DNA of 33,966 bases, taken from NCBI GenBank assembly GCA_043802785.1, contig JAZDKR010000052.1:1-33966 (forward strand). The letters run 5' to 3'. Under the pieces are notes generated by a model. That model saw nothing but the letters and a program-made list of their open reading frames with translations, ran no database searches and was not told the origin of the DNA. Position numbers and translations under genes: made by a program. The stretch comes from Elusimicrobiota bacterium (GTDB taxonomy: Bacteria > Elusimicrobiota > UBA8919). Positions 26,025 through 33,966 of this stretch are shown here, piece after piece. The first letter of the stretch is position 1. Every line of letters starts with the position of its first letter.

Positions 26025-26663
26025 ATGCTAACAATCAAACTTAAACCCGTAGATAATTTGCGGTCATATCTAACAGAAAAAAATCTGATAATACGATGCC
26101 TCGGTTGCCGCGAAGTTCTATTCCCGGAAGAACAGGTGAACAATTTTAAGGAGGGACTGTCCCCGCAGGGGACTGTCCCATATGATATTGACGATATTGC
26201 AACCGATTATTTGTGTAATCCTGACTATACCCAGACGCGGCTGAAATTGTGGCAGAAGAAAATTGACGAAGCGACAAGTATAATAATTTTTTCATGCGGG
26301 GTTGGTGTGCAAGTTGTATCTTCGTTGATGAATAGACATACTTATGCCGGGGCTGATACTGTTCATCTCAATGGTTTTCAGGGTTTAACACCTACAGAAT
26401 ACGATTGTGATCTTTGCGGTGATTGCCTTTTAAATTATACCGGTGGACTTTGTCCTATAACTGCCTGCTCAAAATCGTTGCTTAATGGTTGTTGCGGCGG
26501 TGCCAAAAACGGTAAGTGCGAAGTTAATAAGGAACTTGATTGCGGTTGGGAGAAAATTTATAATCGGCTAAAGGAATCCAGTAAAGTTGTCCGAACTGAC
26601 TCCCTTGGAGAAACAACTTCAACGACTATAAAACTGCGAGATTATTCAAAAACAATACCGTAA
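26025..26663 (+). CDS. metV: MetV-like zinc-ribbon subunit of methylene-THF reductase
   Basis: ...CDLCGDC...CP...CGGAKNGKCEV... core, sitting directly upstream of metF. Confidence 0.7.
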   Translation: MLTIKLKPVDNLRSYLTEKNLIIRCLGCREVLFPEEQVNNFKEGLSPQGTVPYDIDDIATDYLCNPDYTQTRLKLWQKKIDEATSIIIFSCGVGVQVVSSLMNRHTYAGADTVHLNGFQGLTPTEYDCDLCGDCLLNYTGGLCPITACSKSLLNGCCGGAKNGKCEVNKELDCGWEKIYNRLKESSKVVRTDSLGETTSTTIKLRDYSKTIP

Positions 26664-26716
26664 AACAGCAGTAAAGTAGTTGGCAGTGGTGTGGTTGGCA
26701 GTGGGCAGGAACATGC

Positions 26717-26818
26717 CGTCATTCCTGCGAAGGCAGGAATCCAGTGTCGTTTTCTTTTCTGGATTCCCGATTTGGCCTGTCCCCGAAAGTAGTAGTCGGG
26801 GAGCACTCGGGAATGACG
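26717..26818 (+). mobile_element. MITE-like element with TIRs CGTCATTCC / GGAATGACG
   Basis: Same type as 17224. Carries the internal hairpins ggaatccag...ctggattcc and ccccgaaagtagtagtcgggg. Confidence 0.5.
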
Positions 26819-26912
26819 ACATAAGGGCGGTTAGCCAACGAACGTCCCCCAATCGCTAACCACAAACGAAACCTCTTTTGGAAAAAGAGGAATATTAACG
26901 ACGGAGAAAAAC

Positions 26913-27791
26913 ATGAAACTTACGGAACTGTTTGCTAATGGAAAATTTGTTATTACTTCGGAAATTGGTCCACCGAAAGGTTGGCAGATTGAGAAGTGTC
27001 TGAATGAAGCGGAACATCTCAAAGATAAAGTGGATGCTATAAATGTTACTGATAACCAATCTTCAGTAATGCGGTTTGGTTCACTTGCAACCTGTCATTT
27101 TTTGAAAGACAGGAATATTGAGCCGGTATTTCAAGTTGTCTGCCGCGACAGAAACAGGATTGCTCTCCAATCGGATATTTTAAGTGCCGCTGCTTTTGGT
27201 ATTGAAAACTTGCTTTTGTTGACCGGTGACCACACAACACTCGGCGACCATCCACAGGCGAGGCCGGTGTTTGATTTGGACTCCGTTTCCTTAATTTATG
27301 CAGTAAAAAAGTTGGAGGAAGGTGTTGACCTCGCAGGCAATAAACTTGAAGGCGAGCCACCGAAATTTGCAATTGGTGCGGTTGTGTCACCGTGCTCTGA
27401 CCCTGTGGAGCCGCAACTTATAAAAATGGAGAAAAAAATAAAAGCAGGCGCGGAATTTTTTCAGACACAGGCAATTTACGAAGTTGAAAAATTTGTAAAG
27501 TTTATGGAAAAGGCGAAACAATTCGGAGCACCTGTTATGGCAGGGATAGTAATCTTAAAATCCGTCGGTATGGCAAAATATATGAATGAAAATGTTGCCG
27601 GCGTTTATGTTCCGGACAATTTAATTGAAGAGTTGAAAAAAGATAAAGAGAAGACAAAATCTGGGCAAACAGGAATAGAAATTGCTACACGACTTATAAA
27701 AGAACTCAAGCCGTACTGTCAGGGTGTTCACATAATGCCGCTCGGCTGGGACGATAAAGTTCCAAAAATTCTTGAACTCGCAGGGTTGTAA
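26913..27791 (+). CDS. metF: 5,10-methylenetetrahydrofolate reductase
   Basis: ...FVITSEIGPPKG..., ...VDAINVTDN... and ...LLLTGD... hallmark motifs. RBS ggag present. Confidence 0.9.
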   Translation: MKLTELFANGKFVITSEIGPPKGWQIEKCLNEAEHLKDKVDAINVTDNQSSVMRFGSLATCHFLKDRNIEPVFQVVCRDRNRIALQSDILSAAAFGIENLLLLTGDHTTLGDHPQARPVFDLDSVSLIYAVKKLEEGVDLAGNKLEGEPPKFAIGAVVSPCSDPVEPQLIKMEKKIKAGAEFFQTQAIYEVEKFVKFMEKAKQFGAPVMAGIVILKSVGMAKYMNENVAGVYVPDNLIEELKKDKEKTKSGQTGIEIATRLIKELKPYCQGVHIMPLGWDDKVPKILELAGL

Positions 27792-27801
27792 CAATATGCC
27801 T

Positions 27802-27905
27802 GTCATTGCGAGCCCCGTCCCGCCTTGGCGGGATCGGGGCGAAGCAATCTCAAAATTACCGATGGAAAAGAGAGATTGCCACCCCGCCATTGAATCAGTG
27901 GCGGG
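27802..27905 (+). mobile_element. complete MITE-like element, 104 bp, TIRs GTCATTGCGAG / TCGCAATGAC
   Basis: Perfect TIRs. Carries the hairpin cccgcc-ttg-gcggg and the cgaagcaatctc and gagattgccac boxes. Confidence 0.7.
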
Positions 27906-27985
27906 TCGCAATGACAAATTAGTTCAATAGCCAAACCGTTACCGAAATTGTGAAGTATTACAAGGTTTTTTTCCAGTATTAACGT

Positions 27986-28768
27986 ATGATTATCAATGTT
28001 TTCAAAGTTTATATTGTTTCGGCGAGCAATTCTTTTGCAGAAGTGTGTGCACTTTTGTTGTTTTCAGTGAAAATGATTTTTTCAAGGAATAAAAATGGTC
28101 GCTTGCTGATTTCTGAAATAACGAAAAACCAAATATATTTTACCGGTGTCCAATCGTTCTTGATAATAAGTGTAATTTCGTTTCTTCTTGGTGCTGTTGT
28201 GACGATAGAGTCGGTAACACAACTTTCAAAATGGAATGCAACCGAACTTATAGGCAAGATACTTGTATTGGTGATATTGAGGGAACTGGGTCCCATATTT
28301 ACATCGCTTATAGTTATAGGCCGTTCTGCTACCGCGATGGCAACTGAAATAGGGAATATGGCAGTATCTAAAGAAATTGAAGCATTGAAATCCATGGGCA
28401 TTGACCCGGTAAGATATATTGTGGCGCCGCGTCTAACAGGTATGGTTGTTTCTATGGTGATGCTGACTGTCTATTTTAATGTTGTAGGTATTACAGGTGG
28501 ATTATTGGCTGCAAAAATGATGTTATCAATTCCATATTTAATTTTATACAAGAAGTTCATCTGGGCGGTAACATATAGTGATATATTAGTTGCGTTTCTG
28601 AAAAGTTTTGGTTTCGGTATAATAATAGCGATTATTGCCGTGTATCATGGCTTAAATGTAAAAATTTCGTCCACCGAAGTGCCGCAGGCGGCAACCAATG
28701 CTGTGGTTAATTCTTTATTGGTTTTGTTTATTTACAATAGTTTGCTGACGATTTTATTTTATTTATAA
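27986..28768 (+). CDS. mlaE: MlaE/YrbE-like ABC transporter permease
   Basis: The ...LRELGPIFTSLIVIGRSATAMATEIGNM... core is typical of the MlaE family. Confidence 0.75.
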   Translation: MIINVFKVYIVSASNSFAEVCALLLFSVKMIFSRNKNGRLLISEITKNQIYFTGVQSFLIISVISFLLGAVVTIESVTQLSKWNATELIGKILVLVILRELGPIFTSLIVIGRSATAMATEIGNMAVSKEIEALKSMGIDPVRYIVAPRLTGMVVSMVMLTVYFNVVGITGGLLAAKMMLSIPYLILYKKFIWAVTYSDILVAFLKSFGFGIIIAIIAVYHGLNVKISSTEVPQAATNAVVNSLLVLFIYNSLLTILFYL

Positions 28769-28796
28769 AAGTATCAGAAACTGAGTAGATGGTAGT

Positions 28797-28845
28797 GAAC
28801 GGTCTTTAGACCGTTCAAATAATATGCAGGGTCTGAAGACCCTGC
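28797..28845 (+). repeat. two perfect twin hairpins (gaacGGTC-ttta-GACCgttc; gcagGGTC-tgaa-GACCctgc) preceded by a GTAG-atg-GTAG box
   Basis: Read directly from the sequence. Each stem is 8 bp, and they lie in the mlaE-mlaF spacer. Confidence 0.55.
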
Positions 28846-28864
28846 CCTACCGAGATACCGACTT

Positions 28865-29539
28865 ATGAACAACGACACCCCAGCGATACAGATTAAGAAT
28901 ATGAGTTTTTTCATGCCTTCCGTCAACAGATGCCTTTTTTCTGATGTGAACATTTCAATAAAAAAAGGCGAGGCGCTCGTTATATCCGGTCCGAACGGCT
29001 GTGGCAAGACACTTTTATTAAAAATTATCAGTGGTTTATTTAAGCCGACATCAGGGGATGTTATGATAGACGGGCAGAATTTGTCAAAATTATCCGATAA
29101 AGAGATATTGAAGATAAACGAACAGGCGGGTTTCGTATTTCAAGATGGAGCGTTAGTAAGCAATTTGAATGTGTATGATAATATCGCACTGAAATTGCGG
29201 TATCATACCGATATGAGTGAAGATGAAATTAACAACAGGATAAAACCATGGCTTGAACAAACAGAGTTGCTTTCATATATACATAACTTTCCTGCGACAC
29301 TAAGTACAAGTCAGAAGGAAATGGTGTGTTTGATAAGGGCATTAATAAATACTCCGAAGTACCTGTATGTGGACGAACTCACTAACAGCATTGATGGACG
29401 GTATTTTGATTTTATAATACAGATAATCAAAAATTTGAAAAAAGAAAAAGTAACAATAGTGTTTGCTACAAATGACAAAAAAGTAATATCCGAAATATCC
29501 GACAGGGTGTTGATTGTTGACGAAGGAAAAGTGATGTAG
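28865..29539 (+). CDS. mlaF: ABC transporter ATP-binding protein (MlaF-like)
   Basis: Walker A GPNGCGKT, a Q-loop, and a signature-like LSTSQKEMV; Walker B YLYVDELT. Confidence 0.75.
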   Translation: MNNDTPAIQIKNMSFFMPSVNRCLFSDVNISIKKGEALVISGPNGCGKTLLLKIISGLFKPTSGDVMIDGQNLSKLSDKEILKINEQAGFVFQDGALVSNLNVYDNIALKLRYHTDMSEDEINNRIKPWLEQTELLSYIHNFPATLSTSQKEMVCLIRALINTPKYLYVDELTNSIDGRYFDFIIQIIKNLKKEKVTIVFATNDKKVISEISDRVLIVDEGKVM

Positions 29540-29542
29540 GGG

Positions 29543-30313
29543 ATGCAAATGTCAGTTAAATTCACGAGTCGGCAAAAAATAGTAAGTTTATTTGTCGTTT
29601 GTGGGATTATACTTCTTTTTGTGGGGTTGGTGTCAATTGGCCGTGGAAAGAAATTTTTTAGCAGAAAAAATTATTATTTTACCACTTTTAAGTCCGGTGA
29701 GGGGCTTCAAAAAGGTATGGTGGTTTATGTGAATGGGTTCCCGATAGGTATTCTGGAAAACATGGTGCTTGACTATAAAAATAATGTGATTTTGAAAATC
29801 GGGATTTATGAAGAACATTGGAAAAGGATAAAAGAGGGCTCAATCGTTAGGTTGATATCACCGCTAATCGGCTCAAAAACGCTTGAAATAATTCCCGGCG
29901 AATTCAATGCCCCGCTATTATCAAATTTCAGCAGTATTGTATCTTGTGATTCCGAAGAAGGCAGAAAGATATTATATGCACGGCAAAATGAAATTACAAC
30001 CTCGCCTGTTGACACGATAATAAGAAACACTTCGGAAATAATGAGAAAAATAAACGACCCACAGGGACCATTTTTTGCGAATCTTGAAAATTTCAAAGTA
30101 ATAAGCAAGAATGTCGGAAAAATTAGCGATAAAATTATGAATAACCAGGACAAAATAGACAATATATTTAAACATATGGAAGAGTCAACGGCGAATATGG
30201 AAGTAATTTCAAAATCAATAATGAATTCGCCTTATTTTGAAAAGAAGGAAACCAAGTCGAAAAAATCGTCAATAAATCTAAACGAATCGTACAGTCCGTA
30301 CAATACGAAATGA
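29543..30313 (+). CDS. mlaD: MCE/MlaD-like substrate-binding protein
   Basis: N-terminal TM helix followed by an MCE core (...VYVNGFPIGILENM...). Confidence 0.7.
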   Translation: MQMSVKFTSRQKIVSLFVVCGIILLFVGLVSIGRGKKFFSRKNYYFTTFKSGEGLQKGMVVYVNGFPIGILENMVLDYKNNVILKIGIYEEHWKRIKEGSIVRLISPLIGSKTLEIIPGEFNAPLLSNFSSIVSCDSEEGRKILYARQNEITTSPVDTIIRNTSEIMRKINDPQGPFFANLENFKVISKNVGKISDKIMNNQDKIDNIFKHMEESTANMEVISKSIMNSPYFEKKETKSKKSSINLNESYSPYNTK

Positions 30314-30444
30314 AAGAGGCAGGTAGAAAGGTAGGGCAACCCTTTAGGGTTGCTTTTGTAGTGCGACGATTTATCGTCGCTTTTGGCGAGGATAAGGACT
30401 TATACTACTTTTTCCGTCTCCCGTTTACTGTTTCCCGTGACTAA

Positions 30445-31386
30445 ATGAAAAAACTTAATCTTGCGACGAAGTCGCTTATGCTAATTCTGCTTTTGATTCA
30501 AATCTGCGGATGTCTGCCTAAGATACAGATACAGGAAAAGCGCATGGATGACGATGCACTTTCCCTCATAGAAAAAGGTAAAAAACAGTTCTCCGTTGGC
30601 GATTATGAATCGGCGTTAAGATCGTTTCAAAAAGTATTAGACATAAGCAAAACGATAGACAATCAACAGGTTGCGGCGATTGCCTACAATAACATCGGTA
30701 CGACTTTACTTATGTCGGGTGATTTTGACAACTCGGAGGAGAGTTTTAAGAATGCTTTAGAAATCAACCGTAAATTAAATGTTATCGGCGAGTTGCTCGT
30801 GAACTTAAACAATCTCGGCAAACTGTATATGAAAAAAAAGGACTATCAAAATGCAAGAAAGATGTATGAGGAGTCCCTCGCAGAGAGTCAATCTGCGAAG
30901 GATATGATTGCGACAGCGACAATCTATAACAATCTCGGTATATGTGAAATGGATACCGGAGATTTTGAAAAAGCGAAAGGATTATTCGAAAAATCCGCAA
31001 AAATAAACCGTGCTGAAAACAATCAGGATGGGATTGCAATCAATATGCTTAACCTCGGTAATTTATTCCAGCAACAGCAAAAGTACAATGACGCACTCAA
31101 TTATTTTGAAAACGCTTTGAAAATTCACAAGAAATTAGAAGATTCATACAGTATATCTTCCGATTTAAGTAGCATTGGATATGTTCTTGAAAAACTTGCC
31201 AAAAATAGTGAGGCATTGGAATACTATCAAAGGGCATATGAAATAAACGAGAAACTCGGAATGAAGGACAGAATGAAAAAAGACATTTCCGATATAATGA
31301 GGGTGGCAGAAATGCTTAAGAATAAAGAAATCATAGAAACCTACCAGAAAAAACTAAATGCGACCAATGGGTCGCATTTACCCTGA
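30445..31386 (+). CDS. TPR-repeat (lipo)protein
   Basis: Signal peptide with a Cys-containing end (LIQICGC), then several 34-aa TPR-like repeats (AIAYNNIGTT..., ATIYNNLGIC..., AINMLNLGNL...). Confidence 0.65.
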   Translation: MKKLNLATKSLMLILLLIQICGCLPKIQIQEKRMDDDALSLIEKGKKQFSVGDYESALRSFQKVLDISKTIDNQQVAAIAYNNIGTTLLMSGDFDNSEESFKNALEINRKLNVIGELLVNLNNLGKLYMKKKDYQNARKMYEESLAESQSAKDMIATATIYNNLGICEMDTGDFEKAKGLFEKSAKINRAENNQDGIAINMLNLGNLFQQQQKYNDALNYFENALKIHKKLEDSYSISSDLSSIGYVLEKLAKNSEALEYYQRAYEINEKLGMKDRMKKDISDIMRVAEMLKNKEIIETYQKKLNATNGSHLP

Positions 31387-32333
31387 TGAAAATCAGGGTC
31401 TACCATAAACATGCAATGTTCAGAATTATTCTCCTTCTACTCTTTTTTATAAGTATTATTCAAGAAATTCACGCAAAATCTATCTATCAGAAACAAATAA
31501 ATAATAACGAAATAGAAATAGAATTAGATCCGTACTACACTAATTTTGATTATTATCTGTCACTCACCGAAATCGCCATTCCGTACTATGGTGATACCGA
31601 CGAAATTAACATATACAAAAAATTGCTGACAAACCCTACCCCAAGATATTTGGTGTTTGAGTTAAGTTCCTATCCTCTACCTTGCCTGGGTGGGCTATTA
31701 AAAAAACAAGCCCCGAATTTTTACGAATCAACAAATGTTACAGATGATTTTAACATAATAAAAAGCATCACCGCAGGATTTGAAGAGCCATATGCAATAT
31801 CCTTATTTTTGGGTGATGTAATAAGTTTTAAGCAAAAAAACGTAAAAGATGCCGAAGGCAAAGGTTATATCGGACTTTTGTTGAGCGGGGGCAACTACCA
31901 CATAAAAGACAATGAAATAATCAATGACAACTGGTTAGAAACAGAGTTGAAGATAAAAGGCGACAAAAAAATGCTGGAAAATAAAATGAGTTGGAGTTTC
32001 AGGGTTGGTGCCAAGTTCCACAATAACGATTACATCAAAGATGTTTTATATTTTTCAATAAAACGTGATAGAACGGATGAAGATAAGGTTAAGAATTCTC
32101 TTTTTAGAAATAGCAGTATTGAGTATACAGTTGATGCAGAAACAAATAAAATCGGTGTGCTGAAACACTATTTTCTAATCGGCAAAAAATTTCCGCTCAA
32201 CAAACCAAAAATTATTATTAGTTTGGGAATGGGTTTTTTGTGGGAGAAATCCGATAAATATACCGGTTTGCTTGAAAGAACGGGCGGGACCAACAATTTT
32301 CAGATTCTTTTCAGACCAAATATAGAGTTTTAA
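31386..32333 (+). CDS. putative outer-membrane beta-barrel protein
   Basis: Signal peptide (the alternative start at 31416 gives MFRIILLLLFF...) and a C-terminal ...RPNIEF ending in Phe. ATGA overlap with the upstream gene. Confidence 0.5.
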   Translation: MKIRVYHKHAMFRIILLLLFFISIIQEIHAKSIYQKQINNNEIEIELDPYYTNFDYYLSLTEIAIPYYGDTDEINIYKKLLTNPTPRYLVFELSSYPLPCLGGLLKKQAPNFYESTNVTDDFNIIKSITAGFEEPYAISLFLGDVISFKQKNVKDAEGKGYIGLLLSGGNYHIKDNEIINDNWLETELKIKGDKKMLENKMSWSFRVGAKFHNNDYIKDVLYFSIKRDRTDEDKVKNSLFRNSSIEYTVDAETNKIGVLKHYFLIGKKFPLNKPKIIISLGMGFLWEKSDKYTGLLERTGGTNNFQILFRPNIEF

Positions 32334-32351
32334 TACAAATGCATTATGTAA

Positions 32352-32377
32352 TGCCCCGATTTATCGGGGCTTTTTTT
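32352..32377 (+). terminator. intrinsic terminator gccccgatttatcggggc plus T8
   Basis: Perfect 7-bp GC-rich stem, a 4-nt loop, and a run of Ts. Confidence 0.65.
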
Positions 32378-32378
32378 A

Positions 32379-32407
32379 TTTGAAAATTTCTGTAATTTCT
32401 TGTATAA
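32379..32407 (+). promoter_or_regulatory. sigma70-like promoter TTGAAA-17-TATAAT
   Basis: ttgaaa at 32379-32384, a 17-nt spacer, tataat at 32402-32407, about 215 nt upstream of the ATG at 32623. Confidence 0.55.
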
Positions 32408-32450
32408 TGAGACCGTTGTCCAAAGGGACTCCATCGGAGAAAAAGTCATT

Positions 32451-32600
32451 TGGTGTCACCCTGAATCCGCCGAGGCGGATGAAGGGTCTGCTTGTTCGTC
32501 GGAAGACTGGATTCTGCGTCCCGCTATGGTGGAACGCAGCAATCTCAGTTTTATTTCAATGTTGTGATTGCCACGGCGATTTTATCGCCTCGCAATGACC
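32451..32600 (+). mobile_element. MITE-like element (right half intact: cagcaatctca, gattgccacgg, TIR CCTCGCAATGAC) inside the 5' leader
   Basis: Same boxes as the other family members. The left part has diverged but keeps the hairpin accct-tga-atccgcc-gag-ggcggat-gaa-gggt. Confidence 0.5.
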
Positions 32601-32622
32601 GAAAACAGGAGGTTGAACAAAA

Positions 32623-33966
32623 ATGAAAAGAATTTTGATTTTTGTCGGATTATTGTTGATTTTGGGTAAAGTACCGGTACAAAGTAGTGAAGAGGTGAGA
32701 GATGGACAGTTGCTAAATAAAAGCACGGAACAAATAGTTTTAGAGGGCAGAGAGCAAGGCAGAGAGCAAGGCAGGGAGCAAGGCAGAGAGCAAGGCAGGG
32801 GCAATGACCAAAAAGAAACAACAATAACAACATCATCAACAACAAAAAAAACATATCTATTTGATGACGAGGATAGGAGAAGGTATTATGAAAATGAGCA
32901 AAAAAGATTTTTAGAACAAGAAGAAAGGAAACGGAAAAAACCACCATATGAAAAAAGTTCATGGGAGTTGATTGATGATGCGTACAAAGAAGGTAAGATT
33001 GATATTGACGCTGACTACATTTATAAGCGTTATGTTAAAGAATATCCTGAACTTTTACCACCAGAATATAAGGCAAAACGGGCTATCCCTTGGCAAGGCG
33101 GTACAAGTACAAACATGCTTATCCGACGAGAACTCATAGACAATTGGAATAAATTTCGTCCAGAAACAAAAAAGAGAATTAGGGAATTGGAAGTTAGATC
33201 TATGGTAAAAAGGGACACAAGTATTAGGCAAGAAATAAAAATCACAAAACCAAAAGATAATGAGATAGTTCATTCTCCTGCAATAGTAGTTGAAGGAGTA
33301 ACAGAGATACCCGAAGTATGGAATATTACTTCTCTTTGGGTAAGCATAAGTAACAATGTTATAGATAAAAAACAAGATAAAAAACAGGAAATAAAGTTAT
33401 CACAACCAGAATACATAGTTGGTGAAGAAACATTTGAAGATACAAAAGAAGGAAGGGTTAGAAAGCAGAGAGATATTGAATGGAAAGAAAAATATAAAGA
33501 TAAACCTGGATTTGCTGAACTATCAGATCCTCCCGGTCAGAATGTGTATCGGTTTAGTGAGATGGTGGTATTACCGTCGACGGGTATATGGAACATACAG
33601 ATAGGTGTGAGTAATGAGAGCGGTAATTCCGTCGGCGATGGTGCAACCGTGATATACCCGCCAAGCGATAAGGCGGATACCACGCCGCCCGTGATACAGA
33701 TAGAAGGTATAGAAAACGGACAGCGATTTAGCAAGAAAGAGTTTTATGCGACGGTAAAAACATCTGATGAACCATCAGCATTGGTCAGGTATTATATGAA
33801 TGATGTGACCGCTGGACGAGGTTGGGGGGGGGGCACGTTAAAAAATTATGATTGTTATAGTACTCATTATCTTACAAAGGTCGGCAAAAATATATTCAAG
33901 ATAGCAGTAACCGATTGCTACGGCAACCGAGCGGAGAAAGAGGTAAAATTGTATTACGAACCAGAG
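32623..33966 (+). CDS. secreted repeat-containing protein, 5' partial (runs off the window)
   Basis: AGGAGG 10 nt upstream; signal peptide MKRILIFVGLLLILG; (GREQ)4 repeat; Thr-rich linker; 448 codons with no stop. Confidence 0.6.
   Translation, partial: MKRILIFVGLLLILGKVPVQSSEEVRDGQLLNKSTEQIVLEGREQGREQGREQGREQGRGNDQKETTITTSSTTKKTYLFDDEDRRRYYENEQKRFLEQEERKRKKPPYEKSSWELIDDAYKEGKIDIDADYIYKRYVKEYPELLPPEYKAKRAIPWQGGTSTNMLIRRELIDNWNKFRPETKKRIRELEVRSMVKRDTSIRQEIKITKPKDNEIVHSPAIVVEGVTEIPEVWNITSLWVSISNNVIDKKQDKKQEIKLSQPEYIVGEETFEDTKEGRVRKQRDIEWKEKYKDKPGFAELSDPPGQNVYRFSEMVVLPSTGIWNIQIGVSNESGNSVGDGATVIYPPSDKADTTPPVIQIEGIENGQRFSKKEFYATVKTSDEPSALVRYYMNDVTAGRGWGGGTLKNYDCYSTHYLTKVGKNIFKIAVTDCYGNRAEKEVKLYYEPE
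32747..32806 (+). repeat. 12-bp tandem repeat (ggcagRgagcaa x 4-5) encoding (GREQ)n
   Basis: Perfect periodicity read from the sequence. Its mirror produces the spurious Cys/Leu/Pro-rich ORFs on the minus strand. Confidence 0.8.
33824..33833 (+). repeat. G10 homopolymer inside a coding sequence
   Basis: Ten consecutive G in a low-GC genome, in frame as W-G-G-G. Confidence 0.8.

Noticed and set aside
32380-32598. 72-aa ORF on the + strand
   Set aside because: It lies over a promoter -10 region and a MITE copy, has no RBS, and its amino-acid content is repeat-derived.
32556-32962. Minus-strand ORFs with CSLPCSLPCSLP / CLALCLAPCLAL repeats
   Set aside because: These are the reverse-complement shadow of the (GREQ)n 12-bp tandem repeat in the + strand secreted-protein gene.

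Overview
AT-rich (about one-third GC) bacterial chromosomal segment. Every gene I can support lies on the + strand. The window divides into two core stretches with an accessory island between them, and repeats are scattered throughout. Core stretch 1 (start to about 17 kb): an alpha-glucan phosphorylase; lysine branch dapA and dapB; an FAH-family hydrolase; a YjbQ-family protein; a Ca2+/Mg2+-type P-type ATPase; an AI-2E transporter; an SPFH/band-7 protein with a small zinc-ribbon membrane protein; a metallophosphoesterase; a BrnT/BrnA toxin-antitoxin pair; then a NikR-linked nickel/cobalt uptake locus (nikR, a putative outer-membrane beta-barrel, cbiM, a PDGLE protein, cbiQ, cbiO). Accessory island (about 17.0-20.8 kb): a mycofactocin-like radical-SAM/SPASM peptide-maturation cluster whose PqqD-like RRE domain runs in frame into the radical-SAM ORF across a single internal TAG, with two candidate precursor peptides ending in Tyr; a hypothetical protein; and an AbrB-type/RelE-ParE toxin-antitoxin cassette flanked by 44-bp direct repeats. 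Core stretch 2: a polyprenyl synthetase; the Wood-Ljungdahl methyl branch (fhs, an RnfC-like NADH-binding protein carrying an N-terminal MetV-like domain, metV, metF) matching the Acetobacterium woodii-type MetF/MetV/RnfC2 reductase; an MlaEFD-like ABC system; a TPR lipoprotein; a putative OMP; and the 5' part of a secreted repeat protein carrying a (GREQ)n repeat and a G10 tract. The genome is peppered with at least two repeat families: MITE-like elements with GTCATTGCGAG / CTCGCAATGAC (or CGTCATTCC / GGAATGACG) terminal inverted repeats, and REP-like GTAG + hairpin elements with compensatory stem changes. Both families occur inside a coding sequence (the RnfC-like gene), and one forms a 5 x 37-bp tandem array immediately upstream of that gene.
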